NCBI GenBank assembly: GCA_028279725.1 | Contig: JANQNE010000007.1 | Coordinates: 99,406-163,405 of the forward strand | From: Candidatus Nanoarchaeia archaeon | GTDB lineage: Archaea > Nanobdellota > Nanobdellia > Woesearchaeales > JANQNE01 | Direction of reading: 5' to 3' | DNA: 64,000 nt | Shown: in pieces, positions 27,536 through 36,016 of the stretch | Numbering within the stretch: position 1 is the stretch's first letter | Layout: every line of letters starts with the position of its first letter | Program-made: the position numbers and the translations under genes | The notes under the pieces: generated by a model | The model's input: the letters and a program-made list of their open reading frames with translations, nothing else | Told to the model about the DNA's origin: nothing | Database searches by the model: none

Positions 27536-28666
27536 TTACGCAGCTCTTTGGTCTTCTTCAGTATCTTCAAAATCTTCTGGTTTTCCTTGAGCTAGATTTT
27601 CCATATCACTATGTTCTTGTTCTTCTTTAGTATAATTCTTTTCCGTAAACTCTCCTTCTTCCTCTTCTGACTTCTCTTCCCTTTCTTCATGAGTTTCTTC
27701 AGGTTCTTCCTTCGGTTCCTCTTCCTCTGCTTTTTCTTCCTTAGGTTCTTCCTGCTTTGGAGGGACATAACCTTCAGGATGGATCATCTCTTCAATCCTT
27801 TTCTCGACTTCAGGAGCAACTTCCTCAGTTTCAACTTTCGCAACGATCTCATCAGCTTTCTTCTCTTTATCTTCCTGCCTCTTATTGTCTTCTTTTCCTT
27901 CTGTGATTATCTCAGGCTGCAATTTCTCTTTTATCTCTTTAACTTCTTTATTCCTTTCCTCTTCATCTTCAGGTTTTTCTTCATAAGTTTCTAATTTAGT
28001 CTTAGCTCCAAAATCATCAACAATATCAATCTCTTTCTCCAATTGTTCAGCCTTCTCTTTCTCCTCTCTCATCTTCTGTTCCATCTCTTCTTTTTTAGCT
28101 TTGGCCTCTTCAACTTTCTCTTCTGTATCTTTTATCTCTCCTTCTCTTTTTTCTATAGCATCCCTTACCTCTTCAGGAACAGCCTGCCTGAAAGTTTCCC
28201 TTGTCTGTTCACCTTTAGGCAGATCAAAATAATCAAAGAACTTCTGGGTCAGCTTTATCGACCTTGTCCTTCCGTAGACTTCTCTTGCGATAAAACCAGC
28301 AGCCTCCAGCTCTTTCATATGCTCATAAGCTTTATTATTTCTTATCTTGATGACATCAGCCTGTAATATTGGATATTTCCAGGCAATGACTGCTAATGTT
28401 TCCATTATAGACTTATCAAGTTCAGTTTCAGAGACTATATTCTGCACAATTCCTAAATATTTCTCCCTTACAGCTAATTTCCACGTATCTCCCTCGTTGT
28501 CAAGCATCAGGGAGCTATCTTCATCGCCATATTTCTCCTTTAATTCCTCAAGGCCTTTCTTTACCTGAGAAAGTTTAAGGTTTGTCAGCTGTACGATCTC
28601 ATCCTCTCTCATCTTTCTTCCGGATGAAAACAGCAAAGATTCTACTTTATTTGATTCTTCACTCAT
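27536..28666 (-). CDS. scpB: Segregation and condensation protein B (ScpB) with a long acidic K/E-rich tail.
   Basis: N-terminus SLLFSSGRKMREDEIVQLTNL with tandem winged-helix regions. About 200 aa of E/K low complexity at the C-terminus. Confidence 0.65.
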   Translation of the reverse strand: MSEESNKVESLLFSSGRKMREDEIVQLTNLKLSQVKKGLEELKEKYGDEDSSLMLDNEGDTWKLAVREKYLGIVQNIVSETELDKSIMETLAVIAWKYPILQADVIKIRNNKAYEHMKELEAAGFIAREVYGRTRSIKLTQKFFDYFDLPKGEQTRETFRQAVPEEVRDAIEKREGEIKDTEEKVEEAKAKKEEMEQKMREEKEKAEQLEKEIDIVDDFGAKTKLETYEEKPEDEEERNKEVKEIKEKLQPEIITEGKEDNKRQEDKEKKADEIVAKVETEEVAPEVEKRIEEMIHPEGYVPPKQEEPKEEKAEEEEPKEEPEETHEEREEKSEEEEGEFTEKNYTKEEQEHSDMENLAQGKPEDFEDTEEDQRAA

Positions 28667-29240
28667 TTTTTAAAGAATATGTCCCCTTTTCTTCTTGTAT
28701 TATTCCTAATTTAACAACTGTAGCTAAGAACTTCTTCATCTCTCCCTCAACTACTCCAGTTATCTTAGACAATTTCTCCAGATCTTTCGGTCCGTTATGC
28801 AGGGCAACAGTAACAAGATTCCTAAGCAGTGTATTTGTATTCTTCCTCAGGAACTGGTTCTCATTCCTTGCCTGCTTTATAGCCATATCAACATTATGCA
28901 GCTTAGCCTGCAGATCATTGAAGAAATTTGAAAGGTCATTATACTTTATCTTAAGTTCCTCTGGCTCGATAACTTCAATTGAAGAAGGCATATAATCAAA
29001 ACTGAACCCCATCAGAGCAGGCATCCCTTTAGCCAAGAACTCAAGTTCAACAAAAGCAGCCCACATATTATCCTGTTCTTTTGCATCTGCAAACTTCTCA
29101 TTAGTAATCTCAAAATCTTTATCTTCTTTTATCTTATCAACATACTCCTTCAGTGTCTTCTCAACATGCTCTTTCGGCTTTCCAAGTATTTCTATTATCA
29201 CTCTTGCTTTTATCTTCTCAGGTCCCTCTTCATCTGCCAT
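28659..29240 (-). CDS. Hypothetical protein with a C-terminal winged-helix, possibly a short ScpA/kleisin-like partner.
   Basis: It overlaps the scpB start by 8 nt. The C-terminal LEKLSKITGVVEGEMKKFLATVVKLGII is wHTH-like. The assignment is by synteny only. Confidence 0.3.
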   Translation of the reverse strand: MADEEGPEKIKARVIIEILGKPKEHVEKTLKEYVDKIKEDKDFEITNEKFADAKEQDNMWAAFVELEFLAKGMPALMGFSFDYMPSSIEVIEPEELKIKYNDLSNFFNDLQAKLHNVDMAIKQARNENQFLRKNTNTLLRNLVTVALHNGPKDLEKLSKITGVVEGEMKKFLATVVKLGIIQEEKGTYSLKNE

Positions 29241-29278
29241 AGTATAAAATGAGTACTCTCAAGTTTATATAGTTTTCG

Positions 29279-31366
29279 TCAAATATCCTTCCTATGCACC
29301 AGATATATCAAAAGAATAACAAGCAAAAAAACAATCCCTCCTAAAACTAGCTCCTTAGCTTTATAAGAAGTAGATTGGTATATTACTCTCGGACCATCGC
29401 CAGTCGCTAAAACGATTCTGCCAGTCATGCCACTTACATCTTTTCTCAGGCTGTTTTTTTCAAAAAAATCCCCATCCAGATACTCATTTTCTCCAACATC
29501 AACAAAGCCAGTCTCATCAACTGATATTTCTTTCTTTTCAAAATCAAGAACACCATTATTCTCTAATCTTATAAAGAACACGTTCCTTTCAGAAGCAGCA
29601 TCAAAATTAAAACTCAACTGTTTTTCCTCATCTTCCTTCAGATCAACATCCAGATTCTTACTTTCAAAAAAAGTATCTACAAAAACATCCAGTCCCCTTA
29701 TCTCCTTACCATAATTTTTGATCCTTGGATAAAGTCTCAACTGCCCTTCGCTAAAATTAACACCAACATCTTCTATTTTACAGCTTATTCCTTGTTCAGC
29801 CTCAACAATTATATCTCTGGTTATCTCTTTCAAGGTCTTCTGATTATCTTTTCTTATCTTAACCTTAAACTTATACAGGCCCGGATCAGCACTTTCAATT
29901 TTATTTGATAATTTAACAACTAAAGAATCCCCTTCCCTGATAAAATCCTCTTTCTTATTCTCTTCTCTGTCCCCACTATACACTTTACTTCCTCTATAAA
30001 CATAGCTCCAAAACTCAACCTTAACTCCTGAATCATCATTATTCATCATCTCAACTCTGCTTTCAAACTTCTCTCCAACCCTTACTTTTTCAGGTAAAAA
30101 CAACAGACTATAATCAAATTTTCTTTTGTTTGCTTTATCTTCCTCACTAAGATAAACCTCCTCACACATCTCATCAGTTATATCTTCAACCATGAGATCA
30201 AAACTGTCTTCTCTATCAAGGCCCTCAATAAATAGCGTATAATTTCCATCCTTATAATCATAATCACAGTTAGGTTTTAGCTGAACAGGTATTGTCAAAG
30301 TATAATCAGTAAAATCTGTATAAACGTTTGTCTTAGACTCCTTGCTTATCCTATCACCTTTATCATTTTCAACCCAGAGCGCAATGGAATTTTTGGTAGA
30401 AACTCCTTTGTAAACAATAACATTAACTCTTAAAGTCTGGCCAAACTTAGCCTTATTATCGGTTCCAAGATCATATATCTTCTCTATCTTGAGATAAGAT
30501 TCATTGCTTTTCTCTTCTTCTTTTACTATTATAACTTTTGAATCCATATCATTGCTTGAATCAGTATCATTACATCCAGGAAATATCACAGTATTTATCA
30601 CATAACTTCCTTCATCAAGATTTGGGGAATAACCATATGTCTTGTGATTTGTGATCTCATTCGTCAGATTTGCATAGCTTTTAACCAGTTCTCCGGAACT
30701 GCTTCTTATCTCTTTAAACAAAGTGACATTGCTCTTATTCCCATGCTTTCTTTTAATATAGATGTCAAAATCAAAATTATTTCCATCATCAAAAAAAGAT
30801 TGATTGGTAATTACACTAACACTAAAATCGCATCCTGTCTTTTCAGCTTCATAGCTTCCGTCATTGCTATAGCCGCAAGTCACATTCCCTTTATCCCAGG
30901 AATCGTTGAGCAAAAACCAGCTATTTCCTTCATCAGTCTCATTATAAGAAAAAGAATCAATTAAACTCCCCTCAGAATCATATAGGTACAAAGTATCTCC
31001 ACTATTGCTCAATCCATTTCCTATTGAGCTATCATCAACATATAATCTCAAAACATTATTAGCACAGTCAAAATTATCATATGTTCTTGTAGAGTCATCA
31101 GTTATCAATGCGTATGCTCCTGCACCCAATATAGTTCCACTCCCAAAATATAATCCACCTTCAATTGTATCATTATCATTAGAATCTCCAATTATCCATC
31201 CGCTCAGATTAACACCTGAACTTCCGCCATTATACAGCTCAACCCATTCATTCAGATTTTCATCTGCAATAGGGTCTGCCATAATCTCATTTATCAAAAT
31301 GTCTGCTCTAACTACTGAAACTAGAAATAATACAAAAAATCCAAAAATTGCGATTTTTTTGTACAT
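29279..31366 (-). CDS. Secreted surface protein with an N-terminal lamin-tail-domain (LTD)-like module and a C-terminal TM anchor.
   Basis: Signal peptide MYKKIAIFGFFVLFLVSVVRA. LTD-like ILINEIMADP...NEWVELYN...VNLSGW. C-terminal hydrophobic LVLGGIVFLLVILLIYLV followed by HRKDI. Confidence 0.5.
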   Translation of the reverse strand: MYKKIAIFGFFVLFLVSVVRADILINEIMADPIADENLNEWVELYNGGSSGVNLSGWIIGDSNDNDTIEGGLYFGSGTILGAGAYALITDDSTRTYDNFDCANNVLRLYVDDSSIGNGLSNSGDTLYLYDSEGSLIDSFSYNETDEGNSWFLLNDSWDKGNVTCGYSNDGSYEAEKTGCDFSVSVITNQSFFDDGNNFDFDIYIKRKHGNKSNVTLFKEIRSSSGELVKSYANLTNEITNHKTYGYSPNLDEGSYVINTVIFPGCNDTDSSNDMDSKVIIVKEEEKSNESYLKIEKIYDLGTDNKAKFGQTLRVNVIVYKGVSTKNSIALWVENDKGDRISKESKTNVYTDFTDYTLTIPVQLKPNCDYDYKDGNYTLFIEGLDREDSFDLMVEDITDEMCEEVYLSEEDKANKRKFDYSLLFLPEKVRVGEKFESRVEMMNNDDSGVKVEFWSYVYRGSKVYSGDREENKKEDFIREGDSLVVKLSNKIESADPGLYKFKVKIRKDNQKTLKEITRDIIVEAEQGISCKIEDVGVNFSEGQLRLYPRIKNYGKEIRGLDVFVDTFFESKNLDVDLKEDEEKQLSFNFDAASERNVFFIRLENNGVLDFEKKEISVDETGFVDVGENEYLDGDFFEKNSLRKDVSGMTGRIVLATGDGPRVIYQSTSYKAKELVLGGIVFLLVILLIYLVHRKDI

Positions 31367-31507
31367 CTAGTCCTTATTTCAACCAACCCAACTATATTAT
31401 TCTTCCCTATTTATTTCGTCCCATGGTTGTGACAAAACCGAAAGCTTTATAAATAGAAACCAAACATTTATAAATAAAATTCCCTATACTACTTTTTAGT
31501 AAGAACG

Positions 31508-31948
31508 TTGGGGAATGGGATGAGAAACGATAATACTTCAGGAAGAAGATGTACTGTAATTCTAAAAAAAGGTCATGTTACTAAATTCTATGAGACAAAT
31601 AGTCTTCAGGAGCAAGTCAGAGAGTATAGGATGAGCTTTGGACCAGAACTTACGATATCAGGAACAGTAATAAAAGAAAATAACGGCTACTTATCAGTCT
31701 TATCAGATATAGATGGGATCGGATCCGAACATCCTTTATGTGTTGAAGAATCACTTAACTGCAACCCAGTAGAAAAACAAGACGGACTTGAACATAGTGT
31801 TGCAAACATCTTTCATAACTTACACAACTGTACAAGGCCTGATTTCAAACCAGATCAGGGAGTTGAAACAAGACCTTCTGAACTTTCTCCAGTAGATACT
31901 CAATACAAAGTAGAAATCTATCAGAGAGATATTCTTATGAAACTTTAA
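31508..31948 (+). CDS. Hypothetical protein.
   Basis: 146 aa with several cysteines. No recognisable domain. Confidence 0.3.
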   Translation: MGNGMRNDNTSGRRCTVILKKGHVTKFYETNSLQEQVREYRMSFGPELTISGTVIKENNGYLSVLSDIDGIGSEHPLCVEESLNCNPVEKQDGLEHSVANIFHNLHNCTRPDFKPDQGVETRPSELSPVDTQYKVEIYQRDILMKL

Positions 31949-33372
31949 GCTGCTTGCTTTATTCTTTTGGCTAAAACAGTTGCCAGATAATTAGAAGTGC
32001 CTGTAACTTGCACAACATCAAACATGACACCAATATAATCTATCTTATATTTAGATTCAATAAACTCATAATTAACTCCTGATTTTGCTGTTGTAAAATG
32101 ATCATGATTGTTTCCATAAGTCAAAAAAGAGAAATAAGCTATCAGGTTCTTGAAATTGTTGTTGCTTAAATTAAAAGAATCAGTTAATATTCCGTTTTTC
32201 TTCGCAATCCCCCTCAAAACTTTTCTCCCATAGATATCAGTATTGTTCTTTGCTTCAACATGCTCTATCCTGGAGATAAAAGCACCATACTCCTGCCTTA
32301 TTTTATTCTCTAATAAAGAAACTATCTTGGAAGCAACCTCTCTTGCATTGCCTGATGTATAAGATTCTGCAAATTGCCTAAATTGCTTTTTCTCTTCTAC
32401 CCTATCTTGCGTAAATTTTGAAGGTATTTCAGGAACAAAAAGCCTTACTCTTTGTATATTACTTAATGCATCTTCAATCTCTTTCCTAAGCTCATCAGCT
32501 ATCACTAGTATTGACTTTGTAAGGTTTGCTTTCTTCTGCTCTCTGACGATTATCCTATCCAGTGTATTCTTTTGCTGTGATAATGTATTGTCCATCAGTG
32601 AGATCATTTTTTGTTTTTGTTCTTGTATCCTTCTGAAAACACCATAATCAATCCTGCTTGATCCAAACAACTGCCTTATCTGCAGCGTGTATATGCTTTT
32701 CACAGAATTATACCAGCTTTTTATCTGTTCGATCTGCTCTTCCAATGATTCTCTTAAGACCTTAACTTCTTCTGACAACTTTTCATCGATCTCTTTCATC
32801 TCCAAAAGTTCAGAAAATAAGGTGCCGACCATATCTCTTCTCTTATGTAATTTTCCGACTATTGAATTAAAAACTGATTCGAGATCTTTAGTATTTTTTA
32901 TATCATTCATGATACTGATCAGCTGCATAACATATTCAGAATCTTTTTTGATCAGCTTCTCTGTTATTTTTTCTTCCCTGTATTCTTCTTTTTCCTCTTC
33001 AATCAGACTTTCTATCTTAGAAAAAAATAACTTATCTAGTCTTGTTAAAGCATACTTCTCAAAAAAAGCTTGTTTTTCCGCCTTACTCTGAATCTTAGCA
33101 AGATGACTGACAATTTTTGGCTCTCTTCGTAAAGATGAGATAAAATTCTTAGCATTATTAAGCTCCTTGACTATAGAAACAGCTATCTCTCTTTTATTAT
33201 CTAACTTCTGCCTAAGAGACTTAGCATGTCCCACTATCTCTGCTTCTATCTTCTCATCAATTCTCTCTCTTTTTAGAAAATCTCTCAATCCTCTCAGAAC
33301 TTTCCTCTTTATTTCAGCAGGATCAGCAGTAGAATTTGCTGAACCCCTTATCAGGTTTCTCAAAAATTCCAT
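31945..33372 (-). CDS. Hypothetical coiled-coil protein.
   Basis: 475 aa. Largely helical and K/E-rich. Confidence 0.35.
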   Translation of the reverse strand: MEFLRNLIRGSANSTADPAEIKRKVLRGLRDFLKRERIDEKIEAEIVGHAKSLRQKLDNKREIAVSIVKELNNAKNFISSLRREPKIVSHLAKIQSKAEKQAFFEKYALTRLDKLFFSKIESLIEEEKEEYREEKITEKLIKKDSEYVMQLISIMNDIKNTKDLESVFNSIVGKLHKRRDMVGTLFSELLEMKEIDEKLSEEVKVLRESLEEQIEQIKSWYNSVKSIYTLQIRQLFGSSRIDYGVFRRIQEQKQKMISLMDNTLSQQKNTLDRIIVREQKKANLTKSILVIADELRKEIEDALSNIQRVRLFVPEIPSKFTQDRVEEKKQFRQFAESYTSGNAREVASKIVSLLENKIRQEYGAFISRIEHVEAKNNTDIYGRKVLRGIAKKNGILTDSFNLSNNNFKNLIAYFSFLTYGNNHDHFTTAKSGVNYEFIESKYKIDYIGVMFDVVQVTGTSNYLATVLAKRIKQAA

Positions 33373-33405
33373 AATAGAAATCTAAAACTTACTCCTTTAT
33401 AACTT

Positions 33406-34404
33406 TTACTCCAAAAAACCAGCTATCTTCTCTCCACAGCTGCATTTTCCCTTCTCAACATCATTCTTCAATATATTATACCCTTTTCTCTCGATTGCAA
33501 TCTTTCCAGATTCAGGACAATATGTATTCTCACCTTCTTCAGTAAGCAGGTTCCCGATATAAACATAATTCAATCCAACTTTCATTGCAATCTCCCTTGC
33601 TTTCAGCAAAACATCTTCTGATGTTGGAGATATCTCACTCATCTGATAATATGGAAAAAATCTTGAAAAATGAAGAGGAATATTCTTCCCAACATTCTCA
33701 AATATCCATCCACACATCTCTCTAATCTTATCAAGATCATCATTCTTTGTTGGGATTATCAAATTAGTAATTTCCATCCATGTTTTCATCTTACTTATTC
33801 TTTTTATCGTATCCAACACAGGCTGAAGATGAGCCCCAGTGACAGAAGTATAGAATTCTTCAGTAAATCCTTTAAGATCAACATTGACTCCATCAATATA
33901 CCTATATAACTCTTTTAATGGCTTTTCATTGATATATCCATTTGTAACCATAACATTCTTCAGTCCTTTCTTATTGGCTAACTTAGCAGTATCATATACA
34001 TACTCAAAAAATATGCTTGGCTCATTATACGTATAGGCGATAGATGAACAATTATTTTCTAAAGCCTGCTCAACAACTTCTTCAGGCATCAACTTCTCTC
34101 CCATTATCTCTCTTTCCTGGGATATCTGCCAATTCTGGCAGTGCTTACACTTAAGATTACAGCCAACAGTTCCGATTGAAAACACATCTGTTCCAGGCAA
34201 AAAATGAAATAAAGGCTTTTTCTCTATAGGATCGATAGAAATTGAAACAGGCTTTCCATAAACTAAAGCAACTAACTTACCTTTCTGATTCTCTCTGACA
34301 CCACAAACACCTCTTTCGCCGTCAGCGATAACACACTTCCAAGGGCATAACTCACACTGCACAACATCATTTTCTTTCTTAACATAATGCATTGCCTCTT
34401 TCAT
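33406..34404 (-). CDS. Radical SAM enzyme, AmmeMemoRadiSam-type / PflA-like activase.
   Basis: CNLKCKHCQNW is a CxxxCxxC cluster. An N-terminal extra cysteine cluster is CELCPWKCVIADGERGVCGVR. Confidence 0.6.
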   Translation of the reverse strand: MKEAMHYVKKENDVVQCELCPWKCVIADGERGVCGVRENQKGKLVALVYGKPVSISIDPIEKKPLFHFLPGTDVFSIGTVGCNLKCKHCQNWQISQEREIMGEKLMPEEVVEQALENNCSSIAYTYNEPSIFFEYVYDTAKLANKKGLKNVMVTNGYINEKPLKELYRYIDGVNVDLKGFTEEFYTSVTGAHLQPVLDTIKRISKMKTWMEITNLIIPTKNDDLDKIREMCGWIFENVGKNIPLHFSRFFPYYQMSEISPTSEDVLLKAREIAMKVGLNYVYIGNLLTEEGENTYCPESGKIAIERKGYNILKNDVEKGKCSCGEKIAGFLE

Positions 34405-34465
34405 AAGCCATCACAATTAAAATCAACTATTAAAACTTTGTTGTCTCGTCTATAAAAAAGTATCC

Positions 34466-34502
34466 ATTTTAGAATAGTTAAAACATGTTAGTATTCTAAA
34501 AT
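34466..34502. promoter_or_regulatory. Imperfect palindrome, a candidate transcription-factor site between divergent genes.
   Basis: 11-nt perfect inverted arms ATTTTAGAATA ... TATTCTAAAAT separated by 15 nt that contain AACATGTT. It lies just upstream of a TATAAAAA box. Confidence 0.3.
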
Positions 34503-34566
34503 ACTTAGAAAAACTTTAATAAGGAGAAGCAATTTATAAACAGAATATTAGGTGGAGGTGTATTAG

Positions 34567-35025
34567 ATGGGGTTATTAAATATGTTTGGAAAGTCTAAAG
34601 AGAAGAAAGAAGGCTTTGAATTCCCTGAAAAAGAAGACTTAGACATCCCTCCAGCTCCTCCTTCTGTCACTGAAGAACCAACAGAACTTCCTAGCTTCCC
34701 GGTAAAAGAAGAGAAAGTAGAAGTTCCAGAAATTTCTCCTGTTGATGAAGCTGAGGACGAGGCTGTTCAGATCGTAAAAGAAGGTCTTGAAGAAAGGGAA
34801 TCTTTAGAATTAGCAAAGCCGCTGTACATAAAATATAAGATGTACAAAGCTATGTTAGATGAGGTTAGTCAGATTAAGATTATTCTGAAAGAATCAGAAG
34901 ATACCTTGACAAGACTTGCTGATTTTAAAGACGACGAAGACAAGGAATTTGCAAAGTGGCGCAGGGAACTGGATGACATTCAAAGAAAGCTTATCTATGC
35001 TGATAAAGTTTTATTTGGCAAATAA
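34567..35025 (+). CDS. Hypothetical small helical protein, paralogue 1 of a triplet, with an acidic P/E-rich N-terminus.
   Basis: The C-terminal 70 aa, KPLYIKYKMYKAMLDEVSQIKIILKESEDTLTRLADFKDDEDKEFAKWRRELDDIQRKLIYADKVLF, align position-by-position with the next gene. Confidence 0.4.
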   Translation: MGLLNMFGKSKEKKEGFEFPEKEDLDIPPAPPSVTEEPTELPSFPVKEEKVEVPEISPVDEAEDEAVQIVKEGLEERESLELAKPLYIKYKMYKAMLDEVSQIKIILKESEDTLTRLADFKDDEDKEFAKWRRELDDIQRKLIYADKVLFGK

Positions 35026-35046
35026 AAATTAAAAGGTGGTACTAAA

Positions 35047-35289
35047 ATGGAAGAACTTCAAGGAGAAACTATGCCGGTCTTTGTTAGGGTCGATGAATAC
35101 AAAGACGTGCTAGATGTTATGAATCTTATCAAAAGCAAGATTGGTGAAGCTAGAGAAACACTGGCTAAGCTGAACGATCTAAAGAATGAAGAAGACGCAG
35201 AACTAGAGCTTTGGCACACTAGCTTGGAAGAAATCGAAAGAAAAGTAGATTTTGTTGACAAGACACTGTTCGAACCATCTGCTCTTTAG
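35047..35289 (+). CDS. Hypothetical small helical protein, paralogue 2.
   Basis: MPVFVRVDEYKDVLDVMNLIKSKIGEARETLAKLNDLKNEEDAELELWHTSLEEIERKVDFVDKTLF. Shared motif P-x-F/Y-(I/V)-(K/R)...YK..LD...IK...E...TL..L.D.K.EED.E...W...L..I.RK....DK.LF. Confidence 0.4.
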   Translation: MEELQGETMPVFVRVDEYKDVLDVMNLIKSKIGEARETLAKLNDLKNEEDAELELWHTSLEEIERKVDFVDKTLFEPSAL

Positions 35290-35733
35290 GTGAACAATAT
35301 GGCTGAGAAAAAAGAAACAGATGTTTTCTTTGTTGGTATTAAGGACCCTATAGAGATCAGAAGAAGTATTCTTGAATCACTAAAAGGAACTGTTGAAGAT
35401 CTTCAGAGATTCGAGAGATTCAAAGCAGTAAGGGAAGAAAAAGCCAACACAGCTGCTGCATTAAAAGGTCAGGTTAAAGAGATCCAGAAGCTTATCAATA
35501 AGCTGAAATCAGAGCTTCCAAAAGGAGACTTAAGGATCAAGCTTGGACTTGAACACGCAGCTGTTGAAGAAGAAAAAGCTAAGAAAGAAGCTGCTAAAAA
35601 AGACAAGAAGAAAAAGAAAGCAAAAAAAGTAGTTAAGAAAGAAGTAAAAGTAAAGCCAAAGGAGCTTTCTGAGCTTGAAAAGCTAGAATCTGAACTTAGC
35701 AACATAGAATCTGCCCTAGGCAAGATTTCTTAA
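35290..35733 (+). CDS. Hypothetical small helical protein, a divergent paralogue 3 with a lysine-rich C-terminus.
   Basis: DVFFVGIKDPIEIRRSILESLKGTVEDLQRFERFKAV follows the same pattern. A KKEAAKKDKKKKKAKK tail. Confidence 0.35.
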   Translation: MNNMAEKKETDVFFVGIKDPIEIRRSILESLKGTVEDLQRFERFKAVREEKANTAAALKGQVKEIQKLINKLKSELPKGDLRIKLGLEHAAVEEEKAKKEAAKKDKKKKKAKKVVKKEVKVKPKELSELEKLESELSNIESALGKIS

Positions 35734-35800
35734 TTTTTTTATTTTATTTCTGGTTTTTTAGTAAGTTTTTTATAATACTCTCTAGTTCTTAGACCTTGAT

Positions 35801-36000
35801 GCGGAGGTGCCGGAGATTGTCGAGTTCATGAGACTCGCGACTGGAATGGTCAAACGGGATGGACTCAAGGCATTTGAGTGTTGAGTGCTCGTAAAGAGTG
35901 CGATGAAAATATCAATGTAAGTCATCCATTGGCTTAGTGCCTACGAGGGTTCGAAAGGTTGACGATGTAATCGGCAACAACGAAAGACCCTTCCTCCGCA
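35801..36000 (+). tRNA. tRNA-Leu(CAA) gene interrupted by three introns: D-loop about 31 nt, anticodon loop 37/38 about 54 nt, T-loop 59/60 about 31 nt.
   Basis: Acceptor GCGGAGG / CCUCCGC plus A73. After removing the three intervening segments the D-arm is CCGGAG|UGGUCAAACGGG, identical to the tRNA-Leu(GAG) at 14.7 kb. Anticodon stem AUGGA / UCCAU with loop CUCAAG|A. Variable arm UGGCUUAGUGCC identical to the other Leu. T-arm GAGGG-UUCGAA|A-CCCUU. Each junction can be drawn as bulge-helix-bulge. The T-loop junction shows a 4-bp UUCG/CGAA helix flanked by 3-nt bulges. The D-loop junction shows CCGG/CUGG. The mature length is about 84 nt. A T-run follows. Confidence 0.55.
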
Positions 36001-36011
36001 TTTTTTATTTT
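36001..36011 (+). terminator. Oligo-T terminator after the multi-intron tRNA.
   Basis: TTTTTTATTTT immediately 3' of the acceptor end. The RNase J ATG is 16 nt downstream. Confidence 0.35.
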
Positions 36012-36016
36012 GAAAA

